Source: a virus | Taxonomy: Duplodnaviria; Caudoviricetes | IMG/VR virus record: IMGVR_UViG_3300027759_000121 | Location: 1-52,309 of that record | Direction: 5' to 3' (one strand) | DNA length: 52,309 nt | Shown: piece by piece, positions 1-9,919 of the stretch | Position numbering within the stretch: the stretch's first letter is position 1 | Layout of the letters: the number at the start of each line of letters is the position of its first letter | Translations under genes and position numbers: made by a program | The notes under the pieces: model-generated | The model's database searches: none | What the model was told of the DNA's origin: nothing | Seen by the model: the letters and a program-made list of their open reading frames with translations, nothing else

Positions 1-1
1 T

Positions 2-274
2 GTGTTTGGTCAGTGGAATTACTTTGCAGATACTAAATCACTCACCAAGGCGACATTCTCGATGGACATACCGACGAAAGCAATCAAAATATTGTCCTAC
101 AAAAACGATATAATTTTGGACCCATTTGCTGGTTCAGGAACAACATTGGTTGCAGCACAGATATTGGAACGTAGATGGTTAGGGATTGAGTTAAGTGAAA
201 ATTATAAACAAATCGCCGAGACAAGAATTAATTACTTCAAGGCATTAGAACAAATAAAAGAACTCCCACTATAA
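2..274 (+). CDS. DNA N6-adenine/N4-cytosine methyltransferase, C-terminal part (truncated by window edge)
   Basis: SAM-binding motif ILDPFAGSGTT followed by RRWLGIEL. Confidence 0.9.
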   Translation: MFGQWNYFADTKSLTKATFSMDIPTKAIKILSYKNDIILDPFAGSGTTLVAAQILERRWLGIELSENYKQIAETRINYFKALEQIKELPL

Positions 275-297
275 TCAGTGGGAGTTTTCCTTTTTTC
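261..297. terminator. Intrinsic terminator hairpin
   Basis: aactcccact (261-270) pairs with agtgggagtt (277-286), followed by a T-rich tract. Confidence 0.75.
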
Positions 298-362
298 TTA
301 GTATTTATTACGATGGAAGACGAATACGACAATATGTTTGGTGATCACAACATCTGTGAGTT

Positions 363-914
363 TTAGTTAATTGTAGCCCACTTATTTTTAAAGTTATAAT
401 TACTCGCACAATATCTTGCGTAATCATTAACCAATGGTCTTCCTGTGTTGTAACATCCACAAACAACTGCCCAATCTTTATACCTTGAATATAATCTATT
501 AAGTAATTTCATACTTGTTTCGACATTCAATCTAATATCATTAGTTAATCTTTTTTTCCCGTAATTAACTTTATTAATATAATCAGATGTTGAGGGCATA
601 ATTTGCATTGGACCAACCGCACCTGCAAAAGATTCTTGATAAGGGTTATAGTCCCAATGGAAAGGTCCTAAATATCTTGTTTCCATGTATGCCACGTTAT
701 AGGCAACGTATCTCGGTATTTTATACTTGGTACTATATTTTTCAATCAGTTCGTACATTCTCATTGATGTGGGAGATTGAATAGTTGAGTGATCATTTAA
801 GTCTGTAAAAATAGAATCATCTGAAGTTTTAACATGGGACAAGGATCCAAAAAAAATGAATACCCCAACACATAAACCAAGATAAGTTATTTTTGTTAAT
901 TTAAGGATATTCAT
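363..914 (-). CDS. SLT-domain lytic transglycosylase with N-terminal membrane anchor
   Basis: Hydrophobic N-terminus; AYMET catalytic Glu, GAVGPMQIMPST, YNTG motifs. Confidence 0.85.
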   Translation of the reverse strand: MNILKLTKITYLGLCVGVFIFFGSLSHVKTSDDSIFTDLNDHSTIQSPTSMRMYELIEKYSTKYKIPRYVAYNVAYMETRYLGPFHWDYNPYQESFAGAVGPMQIMPSTSDYINKVNYGKKRLTNDIRLNVETSMKLLNRLYSRYKDWAVVCGCYNTGRPLVNDYARYCASNYNFKNKWATIN

Positions 915-920
915 AGTTTC

Positions 921-1238
921 TTATTTTGTTTGGTCAATATAAATGTTCTTAGCGTAAAGTTTAAAGATTGACATACCAATAGAATCTTGGTAAACAGTGT
1001 AGTCACCTGTTGTTTTGTCAATTACGATTAGATGGTTATGTTCATCTATTGCTAAATTAACTTGGGACCTATTAACTCTAACCATTTCAATTGTTGGTTT
1101 CTTTGGACCATATTGTTGATTATATAGATAACCCATCGAGAACCCTCCCAATAACGATGCCACTACAAAAATTACAACACCCATAGACTTAAATGTTGAT
1201 TTTCTTTTTTCTAAAAAATTTGTGATTTTTTCCCTCAT
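921..1238 (-). CDS. Single-pass membrane protein next to the transglycosylase
   Basis: One TM segment (GVVIFVVASLLGGFSMGYLY); likely start MREKIT at 1238. Confidence 0.6.
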   Translation of the reverse strand: MREKITNFLEKRKSTFKSMGVVIFVVASLLGGFSMGYLYNQQYGPKKPTIEMVRVNRSQVNLAIDEHNHLIVIDKTTGDYTVYQDSIGMSIFKLYAKNIYIDQTK

Positions 1239-1322
1239 AATATAAATTTTAATTGATTTAAGTAAATTTACATAAAAACATCGTAATCTCAAACTTTTTT
1301 TTGTTGAAAACTATTTATAACT

Positions 1323-3083
1323 ATGAAGAAAAAGTTAATAACGGAATCGGGAATAAGAAACATCAGGGAATTATCTAGAAGATACCCTGAGGCTAAAATA
1401 TATTTTCACAAAGATTTAGATGGTGTAACCACTGCGTTAGGTATGAAAAATTACTTAGAACAACACGGTATTAAAGTAGTCGATTCTGAAATTATTCAAT
1501 ACGGAGATAAAGAATGGGCTATACAAAAAGCAATTACTGAAGAATTAAGTGAAAAGATAGATTTTGTTTTAAATAAAATTAGAAAAATTCTTTTAGATGC
1601 TGGTTATAATATTAATGGTACGGATGAGTTTGATTTATCAGAATTATTAAAAAATCATATAAATCAAACCCAAATTGGGGATTCTATTGGTGAGGTTATT
1701 AGAAAAAGTGAATCATTACTTAATGAATTAAAGTTTTTATTAGATGATAGGGTTATGCCGGTGTTAGTTGACTTTGCTCATGGTAAACCAATGTTTATCA
1801 TACATACGGATCACCACGACACACAAGCTGGTGTTGAACAAGGTACCTCAACTAATTTTAAATCATCAAGATCTAACGTTGAAACAATATCTCAAACTGT
1901 ATCTCCAAGAGACATTTTCCCTTCTGATGATATTACTTTGATATCTACGGTTGACTCGGCAAATTATGCACAATACGATATTAGTCCTGAACAAGTAATG
2001 AACTATTTGTTTAAGGTAGATAAAGATCAGTCATTACAAAGAAACAAAATGGCAATGGGTATGGTTGCAAATAAATTGTTATTGGCATTTAAAAACAAAC
2101 CAGGGTTCTTAGAAAATATTGTGATGAATGCAAATCCATCTTTATTAAGTATATTATTAAACATCAGATCTCAGATCAAAGAAAAAAATTATACCGATGT
2201 AGAATCTTTGGAAAAAAACAAAGAGAATTATGTCCAAACAATGAAAACTCACAAAAATGTTAAAGTTGATAATAAAATTATAGTTCAGTATGGTGGTGGT
2301 AGTATGATGAAACCAGGATCATATGATAGATACACACCATTCAGAAATAATCCTGATGCTGACTTTATAGTAATTGCTTGGCCATTAGGGTTAGTACAAG
2401 CGTCTTGTAATCCATTTAAGAAAGAAAGAGCACTTAAAGGTGTAAACTTGGGTGACATCAAAGATGAGGTCTTAAACAAGTGGAAAGGACAACTACAAGA
2501 TAAGGATATTCCTTTATCCACAATAAAATGGATATCTGAATCAGGAAAAGGTTTTGGTGAACAATCTGTTGGTTTTACATTCAGAGATTTTAACGCACTA
2601 TATGGTAAAGAATTTAAACAAATGGCTGATGGGGAAGATATTCTTAAGGATGTTGATACTGCAATGAGAAAACCTTTCAGTAGTTTAACGGATAAAAAAA
2701 TGAGAATGTTAGATTCAATTAGTGTAAATGCTTGGGATTTAATTCAAGCCAATAGTGGAGGACATAAATGTATTACTAATATTTCTGGTTTAAGTTATTT
2801 AGGTAGATCTAAGAGACCACCTGAAGGTAAGTACAAATATAATGAAGAGTCAGATGATTCACCTTATGTTAAATTTACTAAGATGGTACAGAATGAATTT
2901 GTTAGAGTTTTAAAAGCAAAAATTGATGAAGATGGTGGTGATAGATATGAACCAAATTTTGAGGTTGAAATGACGGAACACGCAAGATCATTAGGAAATG
3001 CTAGAAAACAAGGACAAGGATTAAGATTCTCAAAATCGGCAGTAAAATCAAATCAAATGAGATTTAGACCAAATAATAGATAG
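1323..3083 (+). CDS. DHH-family phosphoesterase-like protein with N-terminal leader and basic C-terminal tail
   Basis: HKDLDG, VDFAH, TDHH, VDSA and late SGGH motifs; TATTTAT 4 nt before the ATG. Confidence 0.7.
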   Translation: MKKKLITESGIRNIRELSRRYPEAKIYFHKDLDGVTTALGMKNYLEQHGIKVVDSEIIQYGDKEWAIQKAITEELSEKIDFVLNKIRKILLDAGYNINGTDEFDLSELLKNHINQTQIGDSIGEVIRKSESLLNELKFLLDDRVMPVLVDFAHGKPMFIIHTDHHDTQAGVEQGTSTNFKSSRSNVETISQTVSPRDIFPSDDITLISTVDSANYAQYDISPEQVMNYLFKVDKDQSLQRNKMAMGMVANKLLLAFKNKPGFLENIVMNANPSLLSILLNIRSQIKEKNYTDVESLEKNKENYVQTMKTHKNVKVDNKIIVQYGGGSMMKPGSYDRYTPFRNNPDADFIVIAWPLGLVQASCNPFKKERALKGVNLGDIKDEVLNKWKGQLQDKDIPLSTIKWISESGKGFGEQSVGFTFRDFNALYGKEFKQMADGEDILKDVDTAMRKPFSSLTDKKMRMLDSISVNAWDLIQANSGGHKCITNISGLSYLGRSKRPPEGKYKYNEESDDSPYVKFTKMVQNEFVRVLKAKIDEDGGDRYEPNFEVEMTEHARSLGNARKQGQGLRFSKSAVKSNQMRFRPNNR

Positions 3084-3085
3084 TA

Positions 3086-3433
3086 TTAATCTTGTAACAT
3101 TATACTATCACCTTCGGCAATATCGTATTTTATACAAGTACCACCTTTGAGTTCTAATATCATATCACCATTGCCGACATAACGATCACACTCAGAAGTC
3201 TTACATGGTTTACAATTATTATGTATTTTGGTGATTTTATTATTTTTAATAAAAATTATATCTAAAGAGATGATACAGTTTTTCATCCAAAATGAATGAT
3301 GTTCACCTTTCATTATGAATAACATACCGTCAAAACTTTTGTCAAATTTTTTACCCATCATACCTTTTTGTATGTCTTTACTGGTCATTACACATTTGAC
3401 ATTGAATAAATTGTTGTTTACTATTAACTCCAT
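3086..3433 (-). CDS. DUF192-family protein
   Basis: KGMM, GMLF, FWMKN, LDIIF, LELKGG pattern. Confidence 0.85.
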   Translation of the reverse strand: MELIVNNNLFNVKCVMTSKDIQKGMMGKKFDKSFDGMLFIMKGEHHSFWMKNCIISLDIIFIKNNKITKIHNNCKPCKTSECDRYVGNGDMILELKGGTCIKYDIAEGDSIMLQD

Positions 3434-3456
3434 ATACTAATAAATATATTCTTATA

Positions 3457-3867
3457 ATGAAATCAGATAGAAGTTCGGGTATAATATTAAAATGTGGGGA
3501 TAAAGTTCTGTTATGTAAACGAGCTGATCACGAAACATATTCGGGTAAGTGGTTTATCCCAACAGGTCATTTAGAGGCAAATGAAACACCTAAAGATTGT
3601 GCTTATCGTGAGTTTTATGAAGAGACAAATATTAAGATAGATGAGGAAATAAGTTTAATTGGATTCATCACTAAGAAAGATGACAAAGGAGAACCAAAAG
3701 GTCTAATTTATGTTTATTTATATGAATCCGATAAAGAAATGATACCAAATTTAGATAAAGCAGAAGATGGTCACGAACATTCAGATTGTGGGTTTTTTAC
3801 AATAAATGAACTACCTGTTGATAAAAATGACGAATTATTTAAAATTTTAACAAAAATATTATCTTAA
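3457..3867 (+). CDS. NUDIX hydrolase
   Basis: Nudix box GHLEANETPKDCAYREFYEETNI. Confidence 0.9.
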   Translation: MKSDRSSGIILKCGDKVLLCKRADHETYSGKWFIPTGHLEANETPKDCAYREFYEETNIKIDEEISLIGFITKKDDKGEPKGLIYVYLYESDKEMIPNLDKAEDGHEHSDCGFFTINELPVDKNDELFKILTKILS

Positions 3868-3911
3868 ATACAAAAATTTTTTGACTTTTCGTTAATTAAA
3901 ATGTATTTATA

Positions 3912-4006
3912 ATACACAAAAACAACCAATACCCTTCCTTTCTACGAATTAATTGGTTTATTAATACTAATCCCATAGTTTTTGAGAAAAAAGTATGGGA
4001 TTTTTT
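3912..4006 (+). ncRNA. Candidate small RNA
   Basis: TATTTAT motif at 3904, no ORF, aaccaat/attggtt stem, then terminator hairpin aatcccata/tatgggatt + T-tract. Confidence 0.35.
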
Positions 4007-4051
4007 ATGCCGTGTCATTTTTATTTGTATATTTGTAGAAATAAGAAATAT

Positions 4052-4871
4052 ATGAGATCAATTCCTTTATACATTGTAGTAAATAGCCACCTAAGTGATT
4101 CACTTATTGAAATTGGTTTTAACCCTGAATTAGCGAGACAAAGAATTCGTTTTGTGAAGGTGTTAACAAATATGTTTTCTGATCTTAGTCAGAGAATTGA
4201 GGAAGATGAATTAAATCGTATTTGGAAAGAAAAAATTATTTAACTATGGGAACTTATATATACACATTCAAGAAATCTTTAAACAAGAAAGCAACAATTG
4301 ATGGTAATCCTGTTATTGTTGGTCGGGCAACATTTTTATGTCGTCAAGATTGGTCAGGTAATTATTCACCATCTGAGAGGAGAGAAATGACAAGAGCGTA
4401 TGCTTTGACCGAAAATGATCAACCTGAATATATCACATTTGATGGTGAGATGGTTTATAAAAATAATAAACGTGGTGTTTGGACTGATGGAAGTGGTTAT
4501 TGGTCTGGTATTGAATACGAAAAAAATTTTGTTGGTACACTAAAAAAAGTGGGTGGAAAATTTGTTATTGTTAAATAATTTAGTATCTTTGTTATATGAA
4601 TAAGATGGGTTTCAACATAAAAGTAGTTAGTGATAAGTTCGGGGATTTAATCAACGAGACATTCATGGATCAGACACAATTCAAAATATTTTTGAAGATG
4701 GTACACGGAGCATTGGTATTAGATGAAGACTTAAGTTTCTTCAACGGAGATACATTCTTGGTACATATTCCAAGTAAGATTTTGAAAGACTCTGTTATCT
4801 TTACAAACGTTAAAGAAGTTTCGTTAACTGAACAAGTTAAAAGTAAGATCGAAGCGTTGGTAACAAAATAA
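4052..4871 (+). CDS. Three small hypothetical proteins (4052-4243, 4246-4578, 4596-4871)
   Basis: Closely packed ORFs behind TAnnTTTG motifs; terminator gggaac-ttcg-gttccc-T7 at 4935-4957. Confidence 0.65.
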
Positions 4872-5017
4872 TTGTTTCCTTGTTTAAAAAAACAAGGTGG
4901 TGGAGTCAGATATATTCAATGTCGGACCTAAAATGGGAACTTCGGTTCCCTTTTTTTATTTATTTTTTATTATATGGTTATATTTATATAATAAAATAAA
5001 TTTAATAAACAATATTT

Positions 5018-5236
5018 ATGTTACCTAAATTAAAATTAACGGAAAGTGAGATCAGAGATATTTTGAGTCAACATGGCGTAAAGACCAATATGATAGTTGA
5101 AGAAACTCAAAATTACTCAGTTGTGGATATTCAGAATTGGTTAAATGACAATAAAAGTGCTGGTTTGGAACCTGATAATAAAATGGGAATTTTAACGGTT
5201 AAAGCCATAAAAAATGCGTTAATGGGTAAGATATGA
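5018..5236 (+). CDS. Small protein with leader and peptidoglycan-binding-like domain
   Basis: KLKLTESEIRDIL leader; DIQNWLN..GLEPDNKMGILTVKAI pattern. Confidence 0.6.
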   Translation: MLPKLKLTESEIRDILSQHGVKTNMIVEETQNYSVVDIQNWLNDNKSAGLEPDNKMGILTVKAIKNALMGKI

Positions 5237-7419
5237 AAAGAATTACAAATAGTTTTATAAAAAATATTGTTAGACAAAGTCTAAATGAAAGTTATGGTTT
5301 GTTAAATGAGGACTTACAAGAAGTTGAACCATATAGTATAAAAACTAGTGTTAAACACGGTACTGTTCCCAAAGGAACTTCCGTGTATAATATGACATAC
5401 GAAAAATGTCCCGAAGGTGGAATTTGTTTTGAATTTTTATCTCAGGCAAAAGAGGATGCAAAGAATTTATCAGGAAAAGACCTGATTAATAGGTGGTGCT
5501 CACAAACTTATATGGCAAACGCTATGGGTAAACCAACGAAAAGTGGAACTGTTCTAACTAATGTCACTACACCACTTTTTGCACAATTAACAGAATTTGG
5601 GATGAACTATGGAACTATTACCACAAAACTTAAAGATTTAGGTGATTTTCCTACTTTTTGTGTGGCAAATAAAAAATTTAAAACATATGGTGGTGGAGAT
5701 TATAGTTTGGGTATAGCTGGGACTAGTGAGACTACGGGTTCTGATTATGGTATTGAAAATGATCATGAAGGAGAAAGAGCTGAATATTATGCAATAACTG
5801 ATGGTTTATTTGAAAATTCAATTGCGGTGAGTGATGAGTTTTATGAGACATGGAAAAAACAACTTGAGGAAAAATATAAAGCAACTTTGGATGCTGCGGA
5901 TAAAATAAAAAAAGACGAAGAAAATAAAAAAAATATACAGGCAAAAATTATAGGTGGTGGAGGTGAATATATAAAATGGGTGCAAGAACACCCAGCATTA
6001 ATTAATAAAAGTGAAATAATAACCACCGACAGAGGTGATGCTAATCTTTATAGTTTAAACACAGGTGACCCCATTATTGATCAATATCAATATGGTGTAC
6101 TTTTAATAGTTGACCCAAAAAATCCATCTATGGACGGAACTTATGAAGATATTAGAGTTAAAAAGGGAACCAATATTGCACTTTCTATTGATCCAACTAC
6201 TGATAAGTTTTGGCAATTTGCAATATCCCAAAATGATGTTTGGAGATATGATGATGTTGCGTGGAGTGGAGCGTTTTCATCAATTCAGGGAAAACTTGCT
6301 TTAACTACTAATCCTGATCTTGAGGACGATGGTACAATAAATCAGAGTATTCAAACAGAGAGAACAAAAGGTTTCAGACACAATTTATTAACTGAGATTG
6401 AATTAAAACTTTGGGATAGAGGTCCTGAGGTTGGTAAAATACAAAGTAAATTAAAGTTAAAACCAGATAAAGGAACCCCAATATATGGTCCTGACACTAA
6501 GGCGGCGGTTGAAAAATTCCAAACAGAAAATGGAATAACACCTGTAACAGGAAATATTGATGCTAACACTTATGATAAAATTCTTGAAAAATTTCCAGAT
6601 CCAAAACCAGCATCCGCAACAGAATATACAAGAGATTTAAATATTGGTTCTACAGGTCCTGATGTTGAGGCAATACAAAAAAAATTAAAGTTAAAACCAG
6701 GTAAATATGGTACCGACACTCAAACTGCGGTCATGAATTACCAAAAAAAATATACAGATTTAAATGACCAAGCTACTGGTATTGTTGATAAAGAAACATT
6801 TGACCACATTATGGCCAATACAAAACTTGATACACCTATATCATATTCAGGTAGAAAACATAATTACAAAAAAGGTGATTGGATTGCAGTAAAACCTAAT
6901 TCAGGAAACCAAGCAAGTCAACTATATGAAAATAATGGATATTTTAAAATATTAGAAGCACCAGATAGTTATACAATTATTATAGATGCTGTTTGGCCTT
7001 GGGACACAAAGGGTTATTCTATTGTTGGAGGAACTACCGCTAAAATAATATTTGGACCTGATTCTATGGGAGGGGCAAAAACAATACCTACTGTAAGTGA
7101 TAATTCTTCAAATACAAAAGAAAAAGGCACAAAAAACAATACCAGTAATTCAGGTAATAATTCGGGCACAAATACTATAGATTCTGAAAAACAAAGACAA
7201 AGAGATATACGTAACAAAGAATTTTGTGATACACTAAGAGAGATAAAAAAATATTTAAATAACACTAAAAGTGCTAATTTACCTGTTAATTGTCAAAGAA
7301 CCCCAGAAACAAAAAATCAAATTATGTTGGCACTTACAGGAGGAACTCCAGCTCCGGCACCAACTCAAGATACGGGAGTTAACGTACAATCTGTTCCTGT
7401 AACGGATACATTATTCTAA
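5233..7419 (+). CDS. 728-aa protein with two peptidoglycan-binding domains, probably virion-associated
   Basis: GPEVGKIQSKL..YGPDTKAAVEKFQ..G..TGNID and GPDVEAIQKKL..YGTDTQTAVMNYQ..TGIVD. Confidence 0.75.
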   Translation: MKRITNSFIKNIVRQSLNESYGLLNEDLQEVEPYSIKTSVKHGTVPKGTSVYNMTYEKCPEGGICFEFLSQAKEDAKNLSGKDLINRWCSQTYMANAMGKPTKSGTVLTNVTTPLFAQLTEFGMNYGTITTKLKDLGDFPTFCVANKKFKTYGGGDYSLGIAGTSETTGSDYGIENDHEGERAEYYAITDGLFENSIAVSDEFYETWKKQLEEKYKATLDAADKIKKDEENKKNIQAKIIGGGGEYIKWVQEHPALINKSEIITTDRGDANLYSLNTGDPIIDQYQYGVLLIVDPKNPSMDGTYEDIRVKKGTNIALSIDPTTDKFWQFAISQNDVWRYDDVAWSGAFSSIQGKLALTTNPDLEDDGTINQSIQTERTKGFRHNLLTEIELKLWDRGPEVGKIQSKLKLKPDKGTPIYGPDTKAAVEKFQTENGITPVTGNIDANTYDKILEKFPDPKPASATEYTRDLNIGSTGPDVEAIQKKLKLKPGKYGTDTQTAVMNYQKKYTDLNDQATGIVDKETFDHIMANTKLDTPISYSGRKHNYKKGDWIAVKPNSGNQASQLYENNGYFKILEAPDSYTIIIDAVWPWDTKGYSIVGGTTAKIIFGPDSMGGAKTIPTVSDNSSNTKEKGTKNNTSNSGNNSGTNTIDSEKQRQRDIRNKEFCDTLREIKKYLNNTKSANLPVNCQRTPETKNQIMLALTGGTPAPAPTQDTGVNVQSVPVTDTLF

Positions 7420-7490
7420 TAAAACAATAAATTTAATGAGGGAGAGTGATCTCCCTTTTTTTATGCAATTTTTTTTATTATATTTGTGAT

Positions 7491-7880
7491 ATGGAAAAAA
7501 TGATATATCTAGTTAGAGGAATACCAGGAAGTGGTAAGACAACTTTTGCAAAACAATTAACACAAAATGTGTTTGAGGCAGACCATTATTTTTATGATAA
7601 TGACGGTAACTACAATTTTATTGCATCTGAAATAAAAGAAGCTCATAAAGAGTGTCAACAATATGTTGGATATGCAATGGAGTCAAACACACCAAAAATT
7701 GCAGTATCAAACACATTCACACAAGAGTGGGAACTTCAACCATATTATGAATTAGCAATTAAGTATGGTTATTATGTGACCTCTATTATTGTTGAAAACA
7801 GACATGGTGGTAAAAACGCGCATGAAGTTCCAGAAGATAAAATACAAATGATGAAAGATAGGTTCGAGGTTAACCTTTAA
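7491..7880 (+). CDS. P-loop kinase (AAA_33 / polynucleotide-kinase-like)
   Basis: RGIPGSGKTT, EADHYF, VSNTF, H.VP motifs; start chosen from promoter at 7479. Confidence 0.85.
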   Translation: MEKMIYLVRGIPGSGKTTFAKQLTQNVFEADHYFYDNDGNYNFIASEIKEAHKECQQYVGYAMESNTPKIAVSNTFTQEWELQPYYELAIKYGYYVTSIIVENRHGGKNAHEVPEDKIQMMKDRFEVNL

Positions 7881-8463
7881 CTAAAAACTTTTTAAAATCA
7901 GTTGTTGATGGTTTTTTATTTTTAAAATAATATATTTCGGTTTTACCTTCATATGTGATTTTTTTATAATACGCATCTGGAACGGTAGCGCCTGAGGCCA
8001 AAACTTTAGACGTCTTACTGAACTCACATATTATCTCAACTAAAACTATTTTATATTTTAAAGCCAGACTTCGTTCGTACTCCTCCAATAATCTCCAAGT
8101 GGTTCGATTAAGATCTTGATGTTGTAGTGAACAATTTAAATAGGTAAACGTTTTTTTCAATAGCTCTCTAGTACAATTAAAATCAGCAGCAGGAGCCATG
8201 TGACCCTTGTCCCAGATATTATCATCGTAGTCTTTATTGTCTGAAGTAATGATTGAATCACAAATATAAAAATCGAGACCCTTTCTCGATGCTGTACCTG
8301 ATGGACATTGAACGGAATACTTTACAGATATTGGTTGTTGTAATTTTTCCGAATAGATAATTTTAAATATGTCATTTTTAATGACAACACTATCTCTTAA
8401 AACTTTTTGAGATAGTAATAAAAGGGGAAAAATAAAAAATAAGGATAATAAATACTTTTTCAT
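7870..8463 (-). CDS. DNA/RNA non-specific endonuclease (His-Me finger) with signal peptide
   Basis: DKGHMAPAAD, N..LQ..LN..W..LE motifs; MKKYLLSLFFIFPLLLLS signal. Confidence 0.88.
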   Translation of the reverse strand: MKKYLLSLFFIFPLLLLSQKVLRDSVVIKNDIFKIIYSEKLQQPISVKYSVQCPSGTASRKGLDFYICDSIITSDNKDYDDNIWDKGHMAPAADFNCTRELLKKTFTYLNCSLQHQDLNRTTWRLLEEYERSLALKYKIVLVEIICEFSKTSKVLASGATVPDAYYKKITYEGKTEIYYFKNKKPSTTDFKKFLVKG

Positions 8464-8490
8464 TCTAATAAATATAACTACATTTGTATT

Positions 8491-9144
8491 ATGAGTTTTA
8501 AAAAAATACAAACAACAGGTAGAGTCTGGTTTACTTCAGATACCCATTTTTCGCACAAAAATATTTGTCGTGGTGTAACGGATTGGCGAACCAAAGATGG
8601 TGATGTACCGATCGATGCGACTAGAGATTTTTTGACGGTTGAAAAAATGAATGCAAGATTGGTGGATAACATTAACCATTTTGTTAATCAAAACGATACT
8701 CTAATTATGTTGGGTGACGTTTCATTTGGGGGGTTTGAAAACATTGAGATATTTTTGGATAGACTAACATGTAAAAATATTCACCTAATACTGGGAAATC
8801 ATGATCACCACATTGAAAACAATAGAGAGAATATACGAAGTAAATTTTTGAGTGTGTCTCACTATTTGGAGGTAAGTCTAAACGACCGTAAATTTGTTTT
8901 GTGTCACTACCCACTCCAAAGTTGGCATGGGATGTCCAAAGGGGTTATCCACCTTCATGGGCACATTCATTCAGGATGTAAAAATAAATTTGGTAATGGT
9001 AAAAAAATGGATGTCGGTGTAGATGGAAACGGGTTGGATCCGTATAGTATTGATGAGATAATTAAAATTATGTCTAAACGTTCGATCGGTTCCGAGATAT
9101 CAGATGATCACCATTTAGATGGGATGGTTGGGGTTGTTGGATAA
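8491..9144 (+). CDS. Calcineurin-like metallophosphoesterase
   Basis: SDTHF, LGDVS, GNHD, HGHIH, DVGVD motifs. Confidence 0.9.
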   Translation: MSFKKIQTTGRVWFTSDTHFSHKNICRGVTDWRTKDGDVPIDATRDFLTVEKMNARLVDNINHFVNQNDTLIMLGDVSFGGFENIEIFLDRLTCKNIHLILGNHDHHIENNRENIRSKFLSVSHYLEVSLNDRKFVLCHYPLQSWHGMSKGVIHLHGHIHSGCKNKFGNGKKMDVGVDGNGLDPYSIDEIIKIMSKRSIGSEISDDHHLDGMVGVVG

Positions 9145-9717
9145 TTTAATTACCTTACGTCTACCCAGATTTAGTATTTTACAAGCTTGTAGTATTGAAC
9201 CATACTTCACACCATCAATCGTTATTTGTATTGAAAGAGGGTGGTCTTTACCCTCTTTGAATGAACCTTTATGTTTAACCCCATACCACATATGGTCTTT
9301 ACCTGTTTTATACTCTCTTTGTCCTATTTTTTTCCTTGTTTCTAAATCGTGTTTTTTACCGTAAAATGGGTTTTTTTCACCTGAAAAGTCGGCGTGGTTT
9401 TTATTAGAACCACCAGTCTCACCCCCTTCTGTTGAGTTATAACCTAATTTATATGAATCGTATTGATTAATAAAAAAAACTTCTTTCATTAATGCTTCAT
9501 TTTTATCTGAACATTCATAAAGTAAATCGATTGTGAAATTACCCAAACCATATTTAATTATAGCTCTTGCGAATTTATTATTAACCATTGAGTTTTTTTT
9601 AGAGTTCCTAAAATGGGTTGATAATCTATGTTTTAAGGAATGTTTTGTGTACCCAATATAGATTTTATCATTAACCGATGACTTTATTATATAAACTTTA
9701 TATTTTTGTTCCATCAT
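9115..9717 (-). mobile_element. GIY-YIG homing endonuclease with NUMOD3-like motif
   Basis: KVYII..KIYIG, R..H, E, GYN..GG; GEKNPFYGKKH. Confidence 0.88.
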
Positions 9718-9850
9718 AGTAATTAATTAATAGTTTTTCAATTAATTTTGACTTGTTTATTAGACTATCTTCCATTTTTTTATTAATATTTGGGGATAGT
9801 GTGATTGAAATTTTAACTCGTTTGTCTTCTTTATTTAATTTTTTTCTCAT
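9698..9850 (-). CDS. 50-aa ribbon-helix-helix-like DNA-binding protein (not in ORF track)
   Basis: Hand translation MRKKLNKEDKRVKISITLSPNINKKMEDSLINKSKLIEKLLINYYDGTKI; TATTTAT 4 nt upstream. Confidence 0.65.
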   Translation of the reverse strand: MRKKLNKEDKRVKISITLSPNINKKMEDSLINKSKLIEKLLINYYDGTKI

Positions 9851-9919
9851 ATTAATAAATATCTTATAAATAGAAAAAATACTACCTTTTTAAAAAAATA
9901 TTACGATATATTTATAACT

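Noticed and set aside
4876-4930. Possible structured RNA before the 4935 terminator
   Set aside because: Only one clear hairpin (ccttgtt/aacaagg); too little to call
2285-7265. Short antisense or alternate-frame ORFs inside long genes (2285, 5732, 5841, 6110, 6351, 7014 and similar ones later)
   Set aside because: Shadow ORFs fully overlapping well-supported genes
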